DNA from: Monocercomonoides exilis PA203
Taxonomy: Eukaryota; Protista; Preaxostyla
Direction: 5' to 3'
DNA: 64,000 nucleotides
Assembly: GCA_001643675.2 (NCBI GenBank)
Contig: LSRY02000044.1
Location: forward strand, 1-64,000
Of the stretch, positions 58,801 to 64,000 are shown one piece after another. Position 1 is the stretch's first letter; the number at the start of each line of letters is the position of its first letter. Under the pieces are notes generated by a model. That model was not told the DNA's origin and did no database searches. It saw only the letters and a list, made by a program, of their open reading frames with translations. The position numbers and the translations under genes are program-made.

Positions 58801-61800
58801 AAAAGGTCAAACAAGCTGTTGGAGGTCAACTTCTCATTGCAGCAAAAGCAGGGGTATCAAAACATCAGACTTCTGGAACTTCAAATCAGTCAGCTTCTAC
58901 TTCATCGTCATCTTCTTTATCGGCTTCAGCATTGCATTCATCGAGTTATTCCTCTTTGAATGATCAGTCACAATTAGATTTTGAGGACAAGCAGCTATTC
59001 TCTGAAAGCATGAGAACAGTAACACACAGAATTGGGCTTTATGCCGTGTTGTGGGGATTTGGTGGCCCGTTTGTTGGAGATAACAATTTCATCAGCAGTT
59101 TTTCTGTGTTTCTGTGCTCTTTGTGTGATTGCTATCCACAATCTCCGACTTTGAATGCGATGACCACGCCAAATGAAAGAAATGCACTATCTCAACAGGA
59201 CATGAAGAGCATGTGTGAAATAACTGGGCAGAACGAGAAGAGAATGATGAAAGACACGCTGTTCCATTTCTTTGTGAATCTGTCAACTGGAGAATGGGAG
59301 CATTGCGTCAGTTATGTGCTTAACAATCCACTTTCATTTCGGAGCACGTCAAACGATCTCTTTAATGTGCTTCGCAAAACAGAAACAGAGCAAATCAATC
59401 CATTGTCTGTTCGTTCATCGTCTTTGCCTCTGAGTTCAGAATTAAGCGCACAAGACTCATTAAATTCTCGATCGATTGGCAGTGCTGATTTGACTACAGC
59501 TGCATCTCTTGCAATGAATATGAAACAATTGGGAGCAAGCCCTTCATTCTTTGCCTCAAGCAGTGAGTCTTCATCTGAAGATAGCTCAAAGCAACAAGAG
59601 CCTCAAGGAAATGCAAACATAGACGAGCCAAAGAGAGTTTTTCACTTTGACACATCAAAACCAGAAAGAAACGAAATTTTCAATGTGCGCATAGACTTAT
59701 CAGGATCATACTCATACGCCACATCTGAATTTACAACGCAAAATGTTCTTCCTCATTCTTCTACTCGCGATTCTTTCGAGTTAGGTGATGTGAAAGCAGG
59801 CCGTCTTTTCAAGAAACCTTCGAATATAAACAACATAACAGCAACATTTGCTCATCATGCACCCATTTTCCATGTGCTTGCTTTGTATATTTATGCCAAC
59901 CGCGGAGTGATATTGTCATACGGCGATTTCTTTAGCATCAAAACAGTTGTTGACAGAATACCTTCTGTTCCCCTTTCGTCCATGCCGCTTGTCAACTCTC
60001 TGCGAGATCACAGACTGACGATGAATGTTTCTATTTCATCCGACACACAGCCTTCGCAGCTATGGAACGTAATTAATCAAGCTCGCAAGATCTGCCACGC
60101 TCAGCAGTCGATTTTGAACTCTAACATCAAATTGCAGTTGAGGCCAATGACACGTTCATTTAACAACGCTGCTTCATCTGCGTTTTATGACAATTCTAAC
60201 GATCAATCAATGATGTGGAGCAGCGCAAGGAGATATGGCTCTCTTTCAGAGACAGTGCATTCCACACTTTCTGGACTTCGCTCGCGCAACAATAGCTATT
60301 CAGAACTTCAGAAGCTGCAGCAATCTTCGCCTCAAAATAATCTTAAGGCAAGTCAGATCCGTGCAAACAGCTCTCAAGCAACACTCGCTCCACAATTTCA
60401 ATCGCAATCTGTATTGCCGAAGAACAACCAATCAGTAAAATCAGAAAGCAATCCCCAAGAATCAAAGGGAAGTGGTGAGTCACTCCCAGCACAGCCAGCA
60501 AATGAACTTCCTCATCAAGTTATACCGATGATCTGCTTTGACCTGCTTCCACCTGTCCAGCCAGGATGCCTCGAGCTCATTCGAACAACAATTGAGACAA
60601 AGCAGGGAATCAGCTCTGACTCCTCGCCTCGCTTCGTTGAACTGTTAAACGTAAAGTTTCTTGTTCTTTTAAATGAAGCCTTTACAACTTGGATACCACC
60701 ACGCATTTCTCGCCATTTTGCTCGATTGGCCATCAGAGATCAAACTGTGGATGAGCAGTATTTAATTATGTGCAACCATATTCTTGAAGGCATTCCTCAG
60801 TACATGAAGAACAGCTGTTTGCACGACGAAATGCCAAAAGTGAAGACGCGCACTTCTTTGCATCTCACAAAAGAAAGCAGGAAGAATTACAGGTTAAGCG
60901 AAAGTGAGAATTTCAAAAAGCAAATTGCACATAGAGATTCTCAAATCAGTACCAAATCAAGCAATGAAAAGCAGGGCGATTCGTTGGCTGAATCAAAGGA
61001 TTATCAAGAAGATGATCAGAACAGTGCTGAGGAACACTTATTGGGTGAAGAAGCTTCTCATTCGTTCCCATCGAAACCTGTCTCTGAACTGTTAGATCGC
61101 ATTCCATCTGCAACTCATTTTGTTTATCAGCTGCTGACATTCATTCCGACACGAACTCTGCATGCACAACCTCTGAGACAGCAATTGGATATAATCTTCC
61201 CCATTTTCCGGGTGTTTCCTCTGACATTCCAGCAGCCTTTGATGGTCATTGCACTTTTCTGCCGCTGGGTGTGCAAAGACCCGTCCTTTTTGCAGAACAC
61301 GCTTTCTGCGTCGATCACTTGGGCACGTGCAGTGAAAACAGTCTTTTCAGACAGGCTTTCGCAAAGAGAGATTCTTTCGCTAGAGATTATCATCTCGTTC
61401 ATCTCGTCTGCTCTTTATGAAGGCAAGCCAATCGATACAAAGAGATTGGTTCGAATAATAAACAACCTTCCTCTGAAGCATCCAGAAAAAATGTATAATC
61501 TCCTTGACTTTGAGCTGATAAGGCAGATGAACAATGAAAAGGATGAGCAAGGACTGAAGAAAGCAAGGCGCATCATCATTAACAATACCGTCTTGAAGAA
61601 TATGTCCATGTACCCTCCATCTTGTACGACATATCTTGCTGCCAAACTTATGGAAATTTCAAAAAAGATAGAAAAATCTCATTTGTGCATCATTAGCGCC
61701 CCTCACTTGCTTTCACTGCCTGTTATTAACAACATCGCTGAATCAAATGGAATGGAGCATCTTCATCTGCAGGTTGGCTTATCTCCAGTTTCTGTGTTGA

Positions 61801-64000
61801 ATGTGATTCGAGCCGCAATTGTGTTTGCCACACTTGGGAAGAAAGTGATGGTTTCTTTATTCCTGCAGCATCTAACCAGTATTGTTGAGCTCAACGACTT
61901 TTTTTCCTTTTACACGAGTAAATACGAACATGCTGTGGGTCCTTCTGCGTTGGAGTCAAAAGCATTCGAAGCCAATTTGAATGCTGTGCACTACAAAGAA
62001 GCAAAAGGACATTCTCCAACAATATTAGAAGACACAATGGGGCTGCACTCAACACCTTTTATCTCTGCAAAGCATCTGTACCAGGAGGATGTATTGACTC
62101 CAGCTTCAATAAGCCAAGTTATTCTGACTGTGATTCATTCAAATGCGTCTGTTTTCCTTCTTTTCAGTGAAAAGGAGATCGAATCGATTCTTTTGGAAGC
62201 AAGACAGCAAAAGCTGACGCACTCATACAGTGCACAATGGATTCTCGATCAGGTTAAAGATAACATCCGCTTTTTGATTGTTGCTGAGCACACGAATGAC
62301 AATTACGCAACAACAAGCTCTGAATCATTTGAAGTCTCTCGTAGAGTTGTGAAGCAGATAGACAACGCGTCTGCAAAGAAGAGAAGGCTTTTGAATCATC
62401 TGGAGCTGTATCTGGCAGCTCAGCAGTCTCGCAGGCATCGCTCACACACATTGTCGAAAGCTGCTTCGCCTTTCATTGCCGGACGTCGCTCTCTTCGATT
62501 TCCTGCTGAATCCGCATTTTCTGCGCAGCAAAGGAATAATTCGAGTTTTCAGAGATTGCCATTGAATTATCAGCAGCAGTTTGTTGGAGAGGTTAATGTT
62601 GATGGAAAAGAGGATGAGAAGCGAAAGCAGCGTAAGATCAAAGAAATGTTTCCGTTGTATCCATCGCAGCTGTCTTCAATACAGTCAATTATTCCATACA
62701 TCTTTCCTGATCTTTCTTCTTCTGTTGTATCATCAACACAGGAATTAAAAGTTAGTTCCGATGGTCAAGCTCGTTCTGTGCCTTCACCTTTGTTTCCTTC
62801 ATCGTCTTCTTATTCGGCTTCAGCATTATCTCAAAGAACACGCGCAACAAACATGGCGAGCGGACAAGCCACAGGAGCAAGAGGGCGCGCACTTAATTAC
62901 TTGTCACAGGAATCAGCACTTTTTGATGGAGTTAATGCTTATCAATCGAGATTATCAGCTCAACGTGCCTCATCGTTCAACAATGGCAATGCGCAATCGT
63001 ATTCAAATAGCACTTCCACTATGGATTATCGTCAACAGCGACATGCTTCAATGCCGATTGATGGATCAACAATTTTGAAACAAGCGCCAAAATTCATTCC
63101 GCCTGATCTTTCACACAGCTGTGTTTCTTTTCCAGGCCTCACCTCTTTCGATTGGATACATGAATTGTTTGTGTTTGAGAACGTTGAGCCACTCGATGAG
63201 AGCTTTTTCATTGATACTGCGAAGGAGCTTCTGATTGACACGCCTTTGCAGCGGATGGATCTTCAGTCTCTGAAAGACTCAGAGCAGCAGCTCGTGTTTG
63301 CAGCAATGACTCTGCTGAACTCTGCCTCTTCGCAGCAGAATGTGGACCCTGCTGAGTATCGTCCATACGCCTTTGCGAATCAAAATATTGAAGTTTCAGT
63401 GGCAGAAGAAGAGATTGACGACGACGAAATCGCACAGCAGCTGGCAGCAGCGGAGATTGCATCTGCACAAACCCGTCTTTTGCAGAGAGTCACAGGACAC
63501 AATGCGACTCATCCAATGTTTGCTTCTATTCCTCGCAAAGCACAGCAGCGAAGCGAGCACAATCAGATGTCTCCTTCTCCTTCCACATCGGCACTGGGAC
63601 CTCAATCGCAACATACAATGAGTACTTCTTCATTAAGAAAGGAATCATCTCAATCTCCGCTCCCATCTTCTTTGTCTTCATCATCATCGACTTCTTCTTT
63701 TTCTTCTCCAAGCGCAAATTCTCGCACTCTTCGCCCATCCTCTTCCATCGTCTTGTCCAGCACACGTTATCCTTCTGTTCGCTTTCGAAAGCGTCGTAAG
63801 TACAACAGCCATTCAAGTGGATCACCCATGAGCAGCTCAGATGGTGTGAGTGACCCCAACCAGAAGCATTCAGCCAGAAATGAGAGCCGCAAAGTGTCTG
63901 CACCAACACAGCCGCCTCGTCCGCTTGTGCGAACAGTTCCGTTTCCCGCAAGGCTTTTGCCAAGAAAGATCATCATCATCGATTCTTCGTCTGCATTTCC
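40296..64000 (+). CDS. Giant divergent dynein heavy chain-like protein (>7,900 aa, 3' end beyond the window); the frame is open from 39969, so the true start may lie upstream of ATG 40296
   Basis: The track reports no closed ORF in this frame, consistent with no stop before the window end. Motifs in dynein order: linker LRSRHWAQI (49761), YLQKKQEAFPRLFFL (FPRLFFL at 50430), YGCDYLG (53493), AAA1 scaffold (about 53900-54500), AAA2 KVVQLY...GPPGAGKS (56529)...NPATLTSKQLFG, AAA3 RISRHF and VFSDRL, AAA4 LFSEKE...QVKDNIRF...FPGL. Confidence 0.92.
42006..42057. repeat. (TCT)n run encoding poly-Ser within the dynein-like ORF
   Basis: Read directly. Confidence 0.9.
43890..43992. repeat. (TCTTCTTCC)n-type run encoding over 30 consecutive Ser within the dynein-like ORF
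   Basis: Read directly; the antisense frame gives poly-Glu. Confidence 0.9.

Noticed and set aside
40000-64000. Dozens of short ORFs listed on both strands
   Set aside because: They are alternative-frame or antisense shadows of the single dynein-like frame; none shows independent motifs.
1-64000. CRISPR arrays, rRNA, tRNA, prokaryotic operons
   Set aside because: None seen; the repeats are microsatellites or transposon-derived, and the genes have spliceosomal introns.

Overview
This is eukaryotic (protist) genomic DNA with short GT-AG introns, AT-rich intergenic spacers, the standard code (IleRS ends in TAA) and pervasive poly-Ser insertions. The style resembles an oxymonad such as Monocercomonoides, which is my inference. 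Left to right: (1) a decayed virus/Polinton-like remnant with an SF3 (D5-like) helicase pseudogene; (2) an unassigned Ser-rich multi-exon gene; (3) a GC-rich coiled-coil gene resembling axonemal/TSNAXIP1-like proteins; (4) a 3.7-kaa single-pass surface protein with beta-helix/Cys modules and a C-terminal pseudokinase; (5) a pogo-like DDE transposase relic split by a 267-bp MITE that has a second copy nearby; (6) cytosolic isoleucyl-tRNA synthetase; (7) a probable divergent CENP-C/Mif2, whose cupin domain appears only after splicing; (8) a single stop-free frame from about 39,969 to the window end, absent from the ORF track. That last frame encodes more than 7,900 aa of a hugely expanded dynein heavy chain-like protein in which the AAA1, AAA3 and AAA4 P-loops are degenerate and only the AAA2 P-loop survives, i.e. 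a candidate giant pseudo-motor. All family calls come from motif recognition by eye; no searches were run.
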